A DNA stretch of 64,000 nt from Clostridia bacterium (GTDB taxonomy: Bacteria > Bacillota > Clostridia > Christensenellales > QALW01): contig JAZNSH010000034.1 of NCBI GenBank assembly GCA_045591115.1, forward strand, positions 20,779 to 84,778, given 5' to 3'. This document shows, one piece after another, positions 35,134 to 44,460 of this stretch. A program made the position numbers and the translations under genes. The stretch's first letter is position 1; every line of letters begins with the position of its first letter. The notes under the pieces were generated by a model that saw only the letters and a program-made list of their open reading frames with translations, searched no databases and was not told where the DNA came from.

Positions 35134-36612
35134 TCATTTTATTTTTTTGTATAACTCTTTTACCGCAGAATAAATTTCTTTAAACTTTTTATATCGTTCT
35201 TCATATCTTGCTACAATATCTTTTTGTGGTGAAATAATTTTTTTTATCTCAAAAAGTTTTTTTGCGCACTCATCAATATTTTTTAATTCACCGCTACCGA
35301 CCATAGCAAGTATTGCCGCGCCATATCCCGGTCCTTGTTCTGTTTTGGGAATAGCAATATTCACATTTAAAACATTACATAAAATTGTTTGCCAAAGTTG
35401 TGAGCGTGCGCCACCACCGCAAAGAGTACTGAGGGAAATATTGATGCCTTGTTCTTTTGCAATCTCAACATTATCACGAATAGCAAAAGCGACTCCCTCC
35501 AACACTGCTTGCACCATATCTTTGCGCAAGGTATTCATTCTAAGACCGATAAACATCCCTCGTGCATCGGTATCATTGATTGGACTACGCTCTCCCATTA
35601 GATAAGGCAAAAAATATACGTCGTTGTTACCTAATGATCTTTCTGTTATTTCATTTTGCTCTTCAACGTAATTATCGTTTTTTAAAATTTCTTCACAGAA
35701 CCATTTATTGCAAGATGCTGCTGAAAGTATACACGCCATAAGATGATATTTTCCTGAAGCGTGACAAAAAGAATGTAATGCATTTTGCTTATCAACAGTA
35801 AATTTATCAGACGAAATAAAAACAGTTCCCGATGTGCCTAAAGAGATATTACACTTACCGTTTTTAACTGTTCCGGTGCCAATAGCTGCGGCAGCATTAT
35901 CCCCTGCACCTGCCACTACTTTAACCTTTTCTGATAATCCTAATGCTAAAGAAATTTCAGGAAGAAGTGTTCCTACATTTTCATAGCTTTCAAATAAGGT
36001 AGGCATTTGCTTTTTTGAAAGTGAACAAATTTTTAACATTTCTTCAGACCAACATTTGTTTTTTACATCAAGCAAAAGCATACCTGATGCATCAGAATAA
36101 TCAGTGCAGTGAACACCTGTTAACCTATAATTGATATAGTCCTTCGGAAGCATAACTTTTGAGATTTTTTTGAAATTTTCAGGTTCATTACTTTTAACCC
36201 AAAGAATTTTAGGTGCAGTAAAGCCTGCAAATGCTATATTAGCAGTTAGCTCAGAAAGTTTTTCTTTACCGATAACGCTATTCAAATAGGATGTTTCCTT
36301 ATCAGTTCTTCCATCATTCCAAAGTATAGCGGGACGAATTATGTTATCGTTTTCATCAAGAATAACTAGACCGTGCATTTGTCCGCCTACGCCAATTCCT
36401 GCTATTTCAGAAGAATCAATATCACAAAGAAGATCTTTTGTACCCAAACAAAATGCATTCCACCAATCATCCGGATTTTGCTCACTCCAACCGGGATGAG
36501 GATAAAAAACATCATACTCTTTTGTGACAGTTTTAATAATTTTTCCATCAGTATCAACAAGCAAAAGCTTTAACGCTGATGTTCCCAGATCGGCACCTAT
36601 ATAATATTTCAC
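35134..36612 (-). CDS. xylB: Xylulokinase (FGGY family)
   Basis: 492 aa: YYIGADLGTSALK, GVGGQMHG, the FGGY C-terminal domain GGGARS. GTG start after GGAGGT. Confidence 0.9.
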   Translation of the reverse strand: MKYYIGADLGTSALKLLLVDTDGKIIKTVTKEYDVFYPHPGWSEQNPDDWWNAFCLGTKDLLCDIDSSEIAGIGVGGQMHGLVILDENDNIIRPAILWNDGRTDKETSYLNSVIGKEKLSELTANIAFAGFTAPKILWVKSNEPENFKKISKVMLPKDYINYRLTGVHCTDYSDASGMLLLDVKNKCWSEEMLKICSLSKKQMPTLFESYENVGTLLPEISLALGLSEKVKVVAGAGDNAAAAIGTGTVKNGKCNISLGTSGTVFISSDKFTVDKQNALHSFCHASGKYHLMACILSAASCNKWFCEEILKNDNYVEEQNEITERSLGNNDVYFLPYLMGERSPINDTDARGMFIGLRMNTLRKDMVQAVLEGVAFAIRDNVEIAKEQGINISLSTLCGGGARSQLWQTILCNVLNVNIAIPKTEQGPGYGAAILAMVGSGELKNIDECAKKLFEIKKIISPQKDIVARYEERYKKFKEIYSAVKELYKKIK

Positions 36613-36652
36613 GAGTTACCTCCAATGCTTTTTTTATTAGCATATCGCATAT

Positions 36653-36664
36653 AATTTGACTTTT
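36653..36664 (+). repeat. Direct 12-mer AATTTGACTTTT, copy 1 (contains the -35 element)
   Basis: It is identical to the 12-mer at 36695-36706. TTGACT (36656-36661), a 17-nt spacer and TACAAT (36679-36684) form a candidate promoter for the AraC gene. Confidence 0.6.
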
Positions 36665-36694
36665 CTCGCAAAATAGTATACAATATATAGACGA

Positions 36695-36706
36695 AATTTG
36701 ACTTTT
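36695..36706 (+). repeat. Direct 12-mer AATTTGACTTTT, copy 2
   Basis: An exact copy 42 nt downstream of copy 1, ending 9 nt before the AraC ATG. Confidence 0.6.
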
Positions 36707-36715
36707 GGAGGAAAT

Positions 36716-37486
36716 ATGTTTTATCAATATAACCATTTAGGTTCACCTGATTATTTGAGGATAGAGAAAAATGAAAATTTTTGCTTTCCCCCACACTTGC
36801 ATCAATGCTTTGAAATAATAGTTATTCTTTCTGGTCAAATGAAAATAACTGTTGACGGAAAAACATATATTTTAAATAAAAATGAAGCGCTAATTATTTT
36901 TCCTAATCAAATACACGAGCTTGAATCAACGGAAAGTAAGCATATTTTGTGCATTTTTTCACCAAGAATTGTTCAAGCTTATATTTCTAAACTTTCAGAT
37001 AAAATTCCCAATAATAATAAATTTATTCCTGATGGATATTTAGTGGATGCTCTTGAAAAGCTTAATTCTTCATCTTCTTCAGTTGAAAAAAAAGGCGTAT
37101 TGTATTCGTTATGCGGGCAATTTGATAATCAAACTGAATACATTGAAAAAAAGACGGATAGTGAAAAGCTTTTACACAAAATCTTTTCCTTCGTAGAAGA
37201 TAATTTTAACGGAGATTGCTCGTTAAACAACCTTGCTAAAAAAACCGGCTATGATTATTCATATCTTTCTCGTCATTTTAAAAGTATAGTTGGAATTTCG
37301 TATAATTCTTATGTAACCCACTATCGTCTAAGCTATGCGTGCTATCTTATTGAAAATGCTGAACAGAACATTCTGCAATGTGCATATAACAGTGGTTTTT
37401 CATCACTTAGAAACTTTAATCGTTGTTTTAAAGAATATTTAAAGATTACACCAACACAATATTTTGAAAAAATAAAATCGGAGTGA
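36716..37486 (+). CDS. AraC family transcriptional regulator (cupin plus HTH), divergent from xylBA
   Basis: Cupin-like N-terminus (PPHLHQCFEIIVILSGQMKITVDG) and an AraC HTH C-terminus (GYDYSYLSRHFKSIVG...GFSSLRNFNRCFKEY). The ATG at 36716 follows GGAGG. Confidence 0.85.
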   Translation: MFYQYNHLGSPDYLRIEKNENFCFPPHLHQCFEIIVILSGQMKITVDGKTYILNKNEALIIFPNQIHELESTESKHILCIFSPRIVQAYISKLSDKIPNNNKFIPDGYLVDALEKLNSSSSSVEKKGVLYSLCGQFDNQTEYIEKKTDSEKLLHKIFSFVEDNFNGDCSLNNLAKKTGYDYSYLSRHFKSIVGISYNSYVTHYRLSYACYLIENAEQNILQCAYNSGFSSLRNFNRCFKEYLKITPTQYFEKIKSE

Positions 37487-37502
37487 GTGCACTCCGATTT
37501 TT
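37475..37502. terminator. Bidirectional rho-independent terminator
   Basis: AAATCGGAGTG agtg CACTCCGATTT, between convergent genes. Confidence 0.8.
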
Positions 37503-37506
37503 AAAC

Positions 37507-38172
37507 TTATAATCCCATAACCGAATCGATTGGAAGCGAAACAACAATGCCTTTTGCATCACTTTTAATACCGTATTTTTCGCTTATTGCTGACATAATT
37601 TTTACCTTAACATCTTTTTTTGCAAGAATCAAAATCATTTCACGCTCTTCTTGCACGCTTAAGCCCCAGAAGCCAATAGCCTCTTCATTTTCTATTGCTC
37701 TTGCGTGAATGATCGTTCCGCCACCTGCACCTGCTTCACGGGCACAATTCATAATTTCTGAACTATATCCTCGGTCAACGATTGTTGCAATTAAAGAATA
37801 TTTATTTTCCATTAAATTTTCACTCATTTCTATATTTTCGATGTTTTCGTTGATTTTGTTCATCATATTGAATACTAATTTGCTTGCTCCTGTTAGAGGA
37901 ATGGTAAAAGCTATACCACTATTGACCATTTCAAGGCGAAGCTCATTATGGAGAATTGAAAGCATTTCATTGCCGAAAGCTCGTGGAACGGTGCTTATCA
38001 AAACGCCCTTATCAATACTTCCTAAACCCAAGGTATCCATTATTTCACTGGAGGCCGTACCTTCGGCAGATAATCTGTACTGCAAAGGAAGATTGTTTTT
38101 TAAAAACATTTCTGCAGCGGCATCAACGAGCTTAGGTCTTGCAATAAGCACGATCAGTTGATAATCTGACAT
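37507..38172 (-). CDS. Tandem P-II-like signal-transduction protein (two P-II-like halves fused)
   Basis: 221 aa. Both halves start with a beta-strand motif (YQLIVLIARPKLVD and YSLIATIVDRGYSS). The second half carries AGAGGGTIIHARA, typical of P-II-like proteins encoded beside DUF1538 genes. Confidence 0.6.
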   Translation of the reverse strand: MSDYQLIVLIARPKLVDAAAEMFLKNNLPLQYRLSAEGTASSEIMDTLGLGSIDKGVLISTVPRAFGNEMLSILHNELRLEMVNSGIAFTIPLTGASKLVFNMMNKINENIENIEMSENLMENKYSLIATIVDRGYSSEIMNCAREAGAGGGTIIHARAIENEEAIGFWGLSVQEEREMILILAKKDVKVKIMSAISEKYGIKSDAKGIVVSLPIDSVMGL

Positions 38173-38177
38173 TGTAT

Positions 38178-39722
38178 TTAAACCTCCTCAAAATCAATAA
38201 TTTCATCACAATCGTCAGTAAGTCCTGTATGAACAACTGCAGGCTTAACGATTTTATTACTTTTAATTTTATAAACAATACCCATCGTTTGGATTGCGAT
38301 TAGCGGCGTAAGAGCAACTAATGCAACAACACCAAATGCATTTGACATAATATCTCCGCCCAATGCACTGCAAACACCTATGCTAAGTGGCAAAAGGAAT
38401 GTTGAAGTCATCGGTCCGCTTGCAACTCCACCTGAGTCAAATGCAATACCGACAAATATTTTAGGAACAAAAAATGACATTGCAAGTGCAAGTACGTATC
38501 CTGGAATGATTATCCAATAAATATGAAATCCTATAAGAATCCTCAACATCGCAAGTCCAATACTAACTGCAACACCAATTGACATACTTCTATTCATTGC
38601 TTTAACCGAAATAGCGCCATCGGTAACATTTTCAACCTGATGATTTAAAACCTGAATAGCCGGCTCTGCTTTAACGATAAAGTAACCGATAAGCATACCC
38701 AACGGAATTACGATCCAATTATATGATAAGCTTGCAAGAGAAGTTCCTAACTGAGCACCAACAGGTGCGAAGCCAACATTTACGCCGCAAAGAAAAAGAA
38801 CAAGACCGATAAAAGTGTATACTAAACCAAATGATATCCTTAAAATCTGTCTTTTCTGATATCTGTGAGTAAATACCTGAAACAAAAAGAAAACAATGAG
38901 AATCGGCAATAGCGAAACTGAAACCTCGGCAGCAAATAAAGGTAATTTTGTGCCGAAAACATATACAACATCTCGTGTTGTTATAACTGCTTCAACGTGA
39001 GCTAAGGAATATTCTGCCTCAGTTGGTTTAAAGAAGCAACCGAGAATGAGCACTGCTAAAATAGGTCCGATACTTGATAATGCAACCAAGCCAAAGCTAT
39101 CGCTCGCTGAGTTTTTATCACTTCTTACAGATGCAAGACCAATACCCATTGCCATAATAAACGGAACTGTCATAGGACCTGTGGTAACGCCGCCGGAGTC
39201 AAATGCAACTGCAATAAATTCTTTTGGAACAAAAAATGATAAAATAATTAAAATTAAATAAAAAATGATAAGTAGCTTTGATAGGCTGAAGCTGTATTTA
39301 ATTCTGAGAATTGCAATAGCAAGAAATAATCCTACGCCTATTGCAACAGTTAATATCAACACCAGGTTAGGAATTGTTGGAACCTGCTCCGCCAAAACCT
39401 GAAGATCAGGCTCGGAAATAGTTATAATGACACCCATTATAAAACCAATCAGCAGAACAAGAAGCTCTTTTTTTGTTTTTGAAATTTGCACACCAATGCC
39501 CTCGCCTATCGGTGTCATAGAAAGCTCAGCACCAAGCTGAAAAAAGCCCATACCGAAAATAAGCAAAACGGCACCAACAAAAAACATAACCATTGTGTTA
39601 AGCTCAATTGGCACAAAAAAAACACTAATAAAAAGCATTATGCCTGTTATCGGTAAAACGGCAGATAATGATTCTAAAGTTTTTTCTTTTAACTTAGGAT
39701 TCAAAAGAAACAACCCTTTCAA
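38178..39722 (-). CDS. DUF1538-family integral membrane protein with an internal duplication; putative transporter
   Basis: 514 aa and highly hydrophobic. Each half carries a copy of the motif AFDSGGVTTGPMTVPF / AFDSGGVASGPMTSTF. Probable TTG start 6 nt after the upstream stop. Confidence 0.65.
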   Translation of the reverse strand: MKGLFLLNPKLKEKTLESLSAVLPITGIMLFISVFFVPIELNTMVMFFVGAVLLIFGMGFFQLGAELSMTPIGEGIGVQISKTKKELLVLLIGFIMGVIITISEPDLQVLAEQVPTIPNLVLILTVAIGVGLFLAIAILRIKYSFSLSKLLIIFYLILIILSFFVPKEFIAVAFDSGGVTTGPMTVPFIMAMGIGLASVRSDKNSASDSFGLVALSSIGPILAVLILGCFFKPTEAEYSLAHVEAVITTRDVVYVFGTKLPLFAAEVSVSLLPILIVFFLFQVFTHRYQKRQILRISFGLVYTFIGLVLFLCGVNVGFAPVGAQLGTSLASLSYNWIVIPLGMLIGYFIVKAEPAIQVLNHQVENVTDGAISVKAMNRSMSIGVAVSIGLAMLRILIGFHIYWIIIPGYVLALAMSFFVPKIFVGIAFDSGGVASGPMTSTFLLPLSIGVCSALGGDIMSNAFGVVALVALTPLIAIQTMGIVYKIKSNKIVKPAVVHTGLTDDCDEIIDFEEV

Positions 39723-39728
39723 AAAATA

Positions 39729-40928
39729 TTATAAAAAGTTTGAAGTAATGAAGTAAACTCCGTATATATTTAATGCAACGGAAAGCAGACAAATTTCAGC
39801 ACGAATAACCTCAAATGTTGGGGTGAATTTTTGTGTTGAAAGATACATTGCAAGAAAAGGTATCATATCAATAAAATATCTTGCACCAAATTGCGCTCCG
39901 CCAAGTGTTTTGTGCATACACGTTGCAAGAATAAAAATTATAACTGCAACAAGGAAAAGATAATCTTCTGTTTTTCGTTTTATGATACAGTTTTTAAAAT
40001 TATAATAGAAAAAAACTGCAATTATCGGATTAAATATGTAAAAAATATTTGCTGAAAATTTGTTTACGTTTAAAGAAAATTCCGGAGAATAATTAAAAGG
40101 TAGTTTTATTGATTGAATCAAATTATCCCAAAGATATGACAGACTAAACTGACCATCTTCTGACCTTGTAAATTCAGGCAAATAATTGTGGCCAAACTCA
40201 AATGGATTATCGAATCTGACGTAATTATATATCATCAACAAAAGGGCAACGACAGCAGGTGCAATTATATATGGCCAAAGCTGATAAATTTTTTTATCAG
40301 TGTTATTTTTATAAAGCTTCATCAATAAGAAAGGAATAAAAATAACGGTAAAAGGTCTGCATCCAACTGCCAGAGCCGCTAAGAAAAGAGATAAGCCGTT
40401 AAGCCATTTTTTATTGCTGAAAATGAATAATGCAGCAAGTGAACATAGCATAAATGAAAGGCATTGAGCTTCATGCCATACTCCGCCAAAGGTTGCAATG
40501 GAAAGCAAATTAGTACCTAAAGTCGCTGTCAACGCCATTATCACTGAAGTCAGTAATGAAAATTTTTTATAAAAAAGCAAAGTTATTGCAACGCAGGAAA
40601 CAACGATATAAATAAAAAGCATAAATTGATTGGGTGTTTCCTGACCAAAGAAAATCGTTAAAAAAAACTCAACAACGGAAGGAACAGGAGGAAAGCTAAC
40701 AAAATATTTTCCTTCATAAATTGCAAGCTCAAGATATTCAATTTCTCTGGGATCGTTGTCAAGATAGGTTTTTCCATCCTGCCAGGCAAGAGCCTGCCTT
40801 GTGTAGCTATCGTAGGGATTATGCTCGAAAATTTTTATATCAAACATCAGCACGATAAGTGCAAGTATTGTTATAGAAAGAAGCGCCGCGGTGAAAGCGG
40901 CGTAGAATTTATCCTTGTATTTCGACAT
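39729..40928 (-). CDS. Polytopic membrane protein, possibly a GT-C-type (ArnT/PMT-like) glycosyltransferase
   Basis: 399 aa with about 10 TM segments and an acidic first loop (DNDPREIEYLE). The assignment rests on general architecture only. The start overlaps the galK 3' end by 20 nt. Confidence 0.35.
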   Translation of the reverse strand: MSKYKDKFYAAFTAALLSITILALIVLMFDIKIFEHNPYDSYTRQALAWQDGKTYLDNDPREIEYLELAIYEGKYFVSFPPVPSVVEFFLTIFFGQETPNQFMLFIYIVVSCVAITLLFYKKFSLLTSVIMALTATLGTNLLSIATFGGVWHEAQCLSFMLCSLAALFIFSNKKWLNGLSLFLAALAVGCRPFTVIFIPFLLMKLYKNNTDKKIYQLWPYIIAPAVVALLLMIYNYVRFDNPFEFGHNYLPEFTRSEDGQFSLSYLWDNLIQSIKLPFNYSPEFSLNVNKFSANIFYIFNPIIAVFFYYNFKNCIIKRKTEDYLFLVAVIIFILATCMHKTLGGAQFGARYFIDMIPFLAMYLSTQKFTPTFEVIRAEICLLSVALNIYGVYFITSNFL

Positions 40929-42174
40929 TTGTTGTACCTATAGGTCTTACAGAAAGCTCAACGCAAGCTTTTTCGCCAAATACGTTTTCCATTTTTTCAA
41001 TATATTCTTCTTGAAGCTTCTTAGGAACGAAAGCAAGAATTGTGCCACCGAAGCCACCGCCGTGAACGCGGCAAGCACCTTCGCCTTTAAGAAGTTTTGA
41101 TGAAACTGCAAGAGCAAGTGTCATTGCCTGATTGGTGCTTCCTGTTGCGTGGGTATTTTGTAAAAGCTTCCAGCTTGATTCACCTGAGGCGTTGATTGCA
41201 TCAAAAAACTTCTGAACGTCATTATTTTTTACAGCGTCAACAGCATCAAGAACGCGCTTGTTTTCATCAAAGAAATGAATTGCACGCATAACTGCTCTGT
41301 CACACACGTTCTTTCTTAAATCACTAAGTTTTGAATAAAATTCATTTTCATCAACTTCACGAAGAACGTTTTTACCGAAATATTTTGCAACTGCTTTCAT
41401 TTCCTCGGTAATAGAAGCATATTCCTGTGTAAGATCTGCGTGATCTGCGTGAACGTCAGTTATAATAATTGAGAAACCTTCTTTATCAAAATCAATGTCG
41501 ATTCCTTCGATAACAGGATTTTTTGGATCATTGAAATCAATAAAAACGAGCTTGCCGAGTGCACAAGCAGTTTGGTCCATAAGTCCGCAAGGCTTACCAA
41601 AGTAATTGTTTTCAGCCCATTGACTTGTTTTTGCACCTTCTACAGCATCAAGCTTCCCGTCGTTATAGAGATGGTTGAAAATTGTGTAAATAAGAACCTC
41701 GATTGCAGCTGAAGAAGAAAGACCGCTACCTGCAAAAACATCACTTTGAATATAAGCATCAAAGCCGCCAATATTCATATTAAGATCGTTTTTCATATGA
41801 TAGGCAATACCGCGGATAAGAGCTTGTGTTGTGCTTTTTTCTGATTCAATGTAATTAAGATTTGAAAGATCAACAATATTTTTGGCATCATAACCTTCAG
41901 AAATTATCTGAACAATATTATTATCAGTTTTTCTTGCAGCACAAACTGCATCTAGATTAATACCTGCTGCCATAACACAGCCGTGATTATGGTCAGTATG
42001 ATTTCCTATAATTTCACTACGCCCTGAGGTGGAAAAAAACAAAACTTCTCCCTCGCCGAATAGCTCTTCAAATCTATTTTGAATGTTTTCATAACGATCG
42101 ACCTGATTTTTTGCATCGTCACCGTAAATTCTTTTTAAAATTTGTGTGTTTTTTATATCTTTTATAAATCCCAT
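40909..42174 (-). CDS. galK: Galactokinase
   Basis: GHMP kinase: GRSEIIGNHTDHNHG (galactokinase signature) and GSGLSSSAA. Confidence 0.92.
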   Translation of the reverse strand: MGFIKDIKNTQILKRIYGDDAKNQVDRYENIQNRFEELFGEGEVLFFSTSGRSEIIGNHTDHNHGCVMAAGINLDAVCAARKTDNNIVQIISEGYDAKNIVDLSNLNYIESEKSTTQALIRGIAYHMKNDLNMNIGGFDAYIQSDVFAGSGLSSSAAIEVLIYTIFNHLYNDGKLDAVEGAKTSQWAENNYFGKPCGLMDQTACALGKLVFIDFNDPKNPVIEGIDIDFDKEGFSIIITDVHADHADLTQEYASITEEMKAVAKYFGKNVLREVDENEFYSKLSDLRKNVCDRAVMRAIHFFDENKRVLDAVDAVKNNDVQKFFDAINASGESSWKLLQNTHATGSTNQAMTLALAVSSKLLKGEGACRVHGGGFGGTILAFVPKKLQEEYIEKMENVFGEKACVELSVRPIGTTNVEIQG

Positions 42175-42311
42175 TTTTTATTCCTCACTAAATTTTTTAA
42201 TATTATAGCATTAAATCAGATAAAATACAAATGTTTTTTGAGCTTTAGTTTGACAAAATATAATATTTAATTTATTATAATATATATACGAATTTTCCGG
42301 AGGCAAAAAGT

Positions 42312-43811
42312 ATGCGTGATATTAAAGAACTTATTGAAATCTGTACTCAATTTTCACTAAAGAAGGGCTTATCTTATAAGGCTGATCTTCCCTATGTCAG
42401 AAATAGACTTATGTCGCTTTTCCACGTTGATGCACCATTTGATGGCGAAGTTTCAGTGCCTGACAGTATTATTTCCGTTCTTGAAGAAATGGTTGATTAT
42501 GCTGCTGAAAATAATATGCTTGAAATGAACACTGCGGCATATCGTGCAATGTTTGATACGAAAATCTGCGGTTGTATGCTTATGATGCAATCACAAGTGC
42601 AGGATAATTTTAAATGTCTTTCGAATCAGTCGACAGAAAAAGCTACGGATTGGTTTTATAAGCTTTGTAAGGATGTTAACTATATTCGTACCGCTGATGT
42701 TGCAAAAAACATTCTCTATGATTATGAATCATCATACGGCACGATGGAAATTACAATAAACCTTACAAAACCTGAAAAAGATCCCAAAGAAATCGAAAAG
42801 CAAAAGTCTATGCCTCAGACAAATTATCCTAAGTGTATGCTTTGCCTTGAAAACGTTGGTTATGAAGGCAGATTGGGATATCCTTCTCACGAGACGCTCA
42901 GAACCATTCCAATTACGCTTGATAACGAAGAATGGAATTTTCAGTACAGTCCCTATGTTTATTATGATGAGCACTGTATTGTTTTCTGCTCTGAGCATAC
43001 ACCTATGACAATGAACGAGAAGAAGTTTGTTCGTTTGTTTGATTTTATTAAGCAATTCCCCCACTATTTTATCGGTTCAAACACTCAGCTTCCCGTAGTT
43101 GGCGGATCAATTCTTACCCACGAGCATTTTCAGGGCGGTAGACATATTATGCCTATGGAGAAGGCTGATGATCTTTATACTTTTGATTGCAAAAATTCAA
43201 ATATCAAAGCATCGGTTGTCAACTGGCCTATGACGTGCATCCGCTTATCAAGCGAAGATTATAATGAGCTTATACCTGTTGCAAATCATATTTTAAAAAC
43301 TTGGCAGAATTATTCAGATGAAAGTCTTAATATTTTTGCATTTACTGATGGAAACGAGCATAACACTATTACTCCTATCACAAGAATAAATTCTAAAGGA
43401 CTTTACGAGTGTGATATTGTTTTGAGAAATAATCTTACAACAGATGAACTTCCTTTAGGCGTTTATCATCCTCATCCTGATAAACATAATATCAAGAAAG
43501 AAAATATCGGTCTTATTGAAGTAATGGGATTATTTATCCTTCCCGGCAGATTAAAAAATGAGCTTGATGAAATAGCAAATAAATGGCTTAATAATGAAGA
43601 TATTGACAAAGCAAGCGTTCATTATGATTGGTATAATGGCTTTAGAAACAGCTACTCACCTAAAAACTATGACGATGCAAAAGAATATATTTATAATCTT
43701 GTTGGCGGAGTTTGCGAAAACGTGCTTCGCGATGCAGGTGTATTTAAAGAAGATGAAAAGGGTCGCGACGGACTTAAGCGTTTCTTGAATGCTTGTGGTT
43801 TTGAGGTATAA
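42312..43811 (+). CDS. galT: UDP-glucose--hexose-1-phosphate uridylyltransferase (type 2 GalT)
   Basis: 499 aa, the Firmicute long-form GalT. Motifs: CMLCLENVGYEG, GGSILTHEHFQGG. Confidence 0.92.
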   Translation: MRDIKELIEICTQFSLKKGLSYKADLPYVRNRLMSLFHVDAPFDGEVSVPDSIISVLEEMVDYAAENNMLEMNTAAYRAMFDTKICGCMLMMQSQVQDNFKCLSNQSTEKATDWFYKLCKDVNYIRTADVAKNILYDYESSYGTMEITINLTKPEKDPKEIEKQKSMPQTNYPKCMLCLENVGYEGRLGYPSHETLRTIPITLDNEEWNFQYSPYVYYDEHCIVFCSEHTPMTMNEKKFVRLFDFIKQFPHYFIGSNTQLPVVGGSILTHEHFQGGRHIMPMEKADDLYTFDCKNSNIKASVVNWPMTCIRLSSEDYNELIPVANHILKTWQNYSDESLNIFAFTDGNEHNTITPITRINSKGLYECDIVLRNNLTTDELPLGVYHPHPDKHNIKKENIGLIEVMGLFILPGRLKNELDEIANKWLNNEDIDKASVHYDWYNGFRNSYSPKNYDDAKEYIYNLVGGVCENVLRDAGVFKEDEKGRDGLKRFLNACGFEV

Positions 43812-43812
43812 G

Positions 43813-44460
43813 ATGGATATTTTATTTGTAATAACAAGCTTTATTTGCGCAATTATCGTGCCGATAATTAACTATCAATCACTTGGGTTAAAAGGATTTG
43901 TATTTTCCTTTATTTTGATTGTTTTTGCACTTGTTGTACTTGCTTATGCAATACTTTCTGTATATAAGTTAAAAATATCAAAGATAAGCTATCTTGATTC
44001 TCAAAAAATAGTTTCTTGGGGAAAATATACAGAGCCTGAAAGATCAAAAAAACCATTCATTATCAGCTTAATCATTGGGCTTGCTTTTGGAATTTTAATT
44101 TATTTTAACGGTAGCGGTCTTTTTTCGGCAATACTTCTTTCATTATCCTGTGCTTTCGCTGTTTTAGGATGGTGGCTTATGGGGATAAAGAGATATCAGC
44201 ATAGACTCGGTGAAGTTGGCGTTTTTTTACTTTCTCATATGGGAGTGATTTATAACGGTAAAACTGAGGTCTTTAATGGTTATTCAAAAGGAATTACCGG
44301 TGCTAAAAGAGAAGAAAATCTTTTAGTTCTTACGATTCTTAAGAAAAAAAAGGAAAATGATTTCAGAATTGAAATTCCCGAAGAAAAAATTGAAGAAGTT
44401 GATAATTTTTTGAATGATCTTAAAAAACATTTCAGCGGAGAAAACGATGAGATCCAATAA
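43813..44460 (+). CDS. Four-TM membrane protein with a cytoplasmic C-terminal domain, unknown function
   Basis: The ATG at 43813 lies 6 nt after GAGG and 1 nt after the galT stop. It is paralogous in layout to the next gene (VFLLSHMGVIYNGKTEVFNG versus IIFSRSGIWYCGKVCYFGDNG). Confidence 0.55.
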   Translation: MDILFVITSFICAIIVPIINYQSLGLKGFVFSFILIVFALVVLAYAILSVYKLKISKISYLDSQKIVSWGKYTEPERSKKPFIISLIIGLAFGILIYFNGSGLFSAILLSLSCAFAVLGWWLMGIKRYQHRLGEVGVFLLSHMGVIYNGKTEVFNGYSKGITGAKREENLLVLTILKKKKENDFRIEIPEEKIEEVDNFLNDLKKHFSGENDEIQ

